From the NCBI RefSeq assembly GCF_009914755.1, contig NC_060937.1: 64,000 nucleotides of DNA; one strand, written 5' to 3'. Made by a program: the position numbers and the translations under genes. Numbering within the stretch: the stretch's first letter is position 1; each line of letters starts with the position of its first letter. This DNA is from the human T2T-CHM13v2.0 reference genome, Homo sapiens. The notes under the pieces are model-generated. The model saw only the letters and a list, made by a program, of their open reading frames with translations, was not told the origin of the DNA and did no database searches. Of the stretch, positions 63,295-64,000 are shown in pieces.

Positions 63295-64000
63295 AAAGAT
63301 GGATTTTCTATTACTTTTGACCAAAAGTATTCTGACTGCATTACGTAGAATACAAACTCGGCTGCTGTAATGAAAGACAAGTAAGAGGGACTTCAAGATA
63401 CAAGTTTATTTCTCACGCAAGAAGCATGCAATTTAAGAAGCTGATGAGGCAGTTCATGGTGTCAGAGACCCAGCCTATTCCCATCTTATGATTCTGCCAT
63501 TCTCAGTACACAGTCTCCAACTTATCTCTGTGATGACTTCTTTAGTTTCTGCTTCCACATATTCATTCCAGCCAGCAAGCTGGGAAGAGAGAAGGACAAA
63601 TGGAAAGGTACACCCTTTCCCTTTAACAGCAAGATTCCAAAGTGGCACCTATCACTTAAGTTCACATGGCCACATCCTGCTGCAATGGAAGCTGAGAAAG
63701 GGAATCTTTAGCTGCACGATCATGTCACGAACTAAAACTAAAACTAAAACAAATGAAGTAGGGATATTAGGAAATTACCACCAGTCTCTCTACTACTATT
63801 TGCAATAAGTCAAAAGAGTTAATCAGAGAGACCAATAGGTTCTGTCCAAAAATTATTCAAAAGCTTCAATGACTGCATGTTATTAGACCAAAATTTCAAA
63901 ACAGACATCAGGAATATGTTTGAATCCATTGCTGACATTTTTTAAAAATACAATTCACTATTTTTCTATTGCCATGCACAGCCTTTAAAAAGATAATTGC

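Noticed and set aside
62817-63808. + strand ORFs of 112, 71 and 106 aa
   Set aside because: They overlap LTR16- and MLT-like relics; no domain similarity recognised

Overview
AT-rich primate (almost certainly human) genomic DNA lying entirely inside MYCBP2 (PAM/PHR1, giant E3 ubiquitin ligase), transcribed on the - strand. I reconstructed 24 consecutive GT-AG coding exons (57789 down to 1546; 3658 nt) that splice into one open frame. They run from the end of the RCC1-like domain through PHR1, the helical linker and PHR2 into the region downstream of PHR2; the gene start and end lie outside the window. The introns hold a full-length, retrotransposition-dead L1PA3-type LINE-1 (38858-44904, 17-bp TSD) antisense to the gene, 17 Alus (one human-lineage AluYd8), Tigger/MER2 DNA-transposon relics, old L1M/L2/MIR/LTR fragments and microsatellites. 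I found no novel protein-coding gene, RNA gene or CRISPR-like array. The best candidate for an undescribed system is the L1 in a 'gene-breaking' configuration inside PHR1. Its antisense ORF0 is open and extended, with splice donors in frame with downstream MYCBP2 exons, and an antisense AATAAA could truncate the upstream half. These are sequence-based hypotheses needing expression data. Repeat subfamily calls are from recalled consensus sequences, not a database search.
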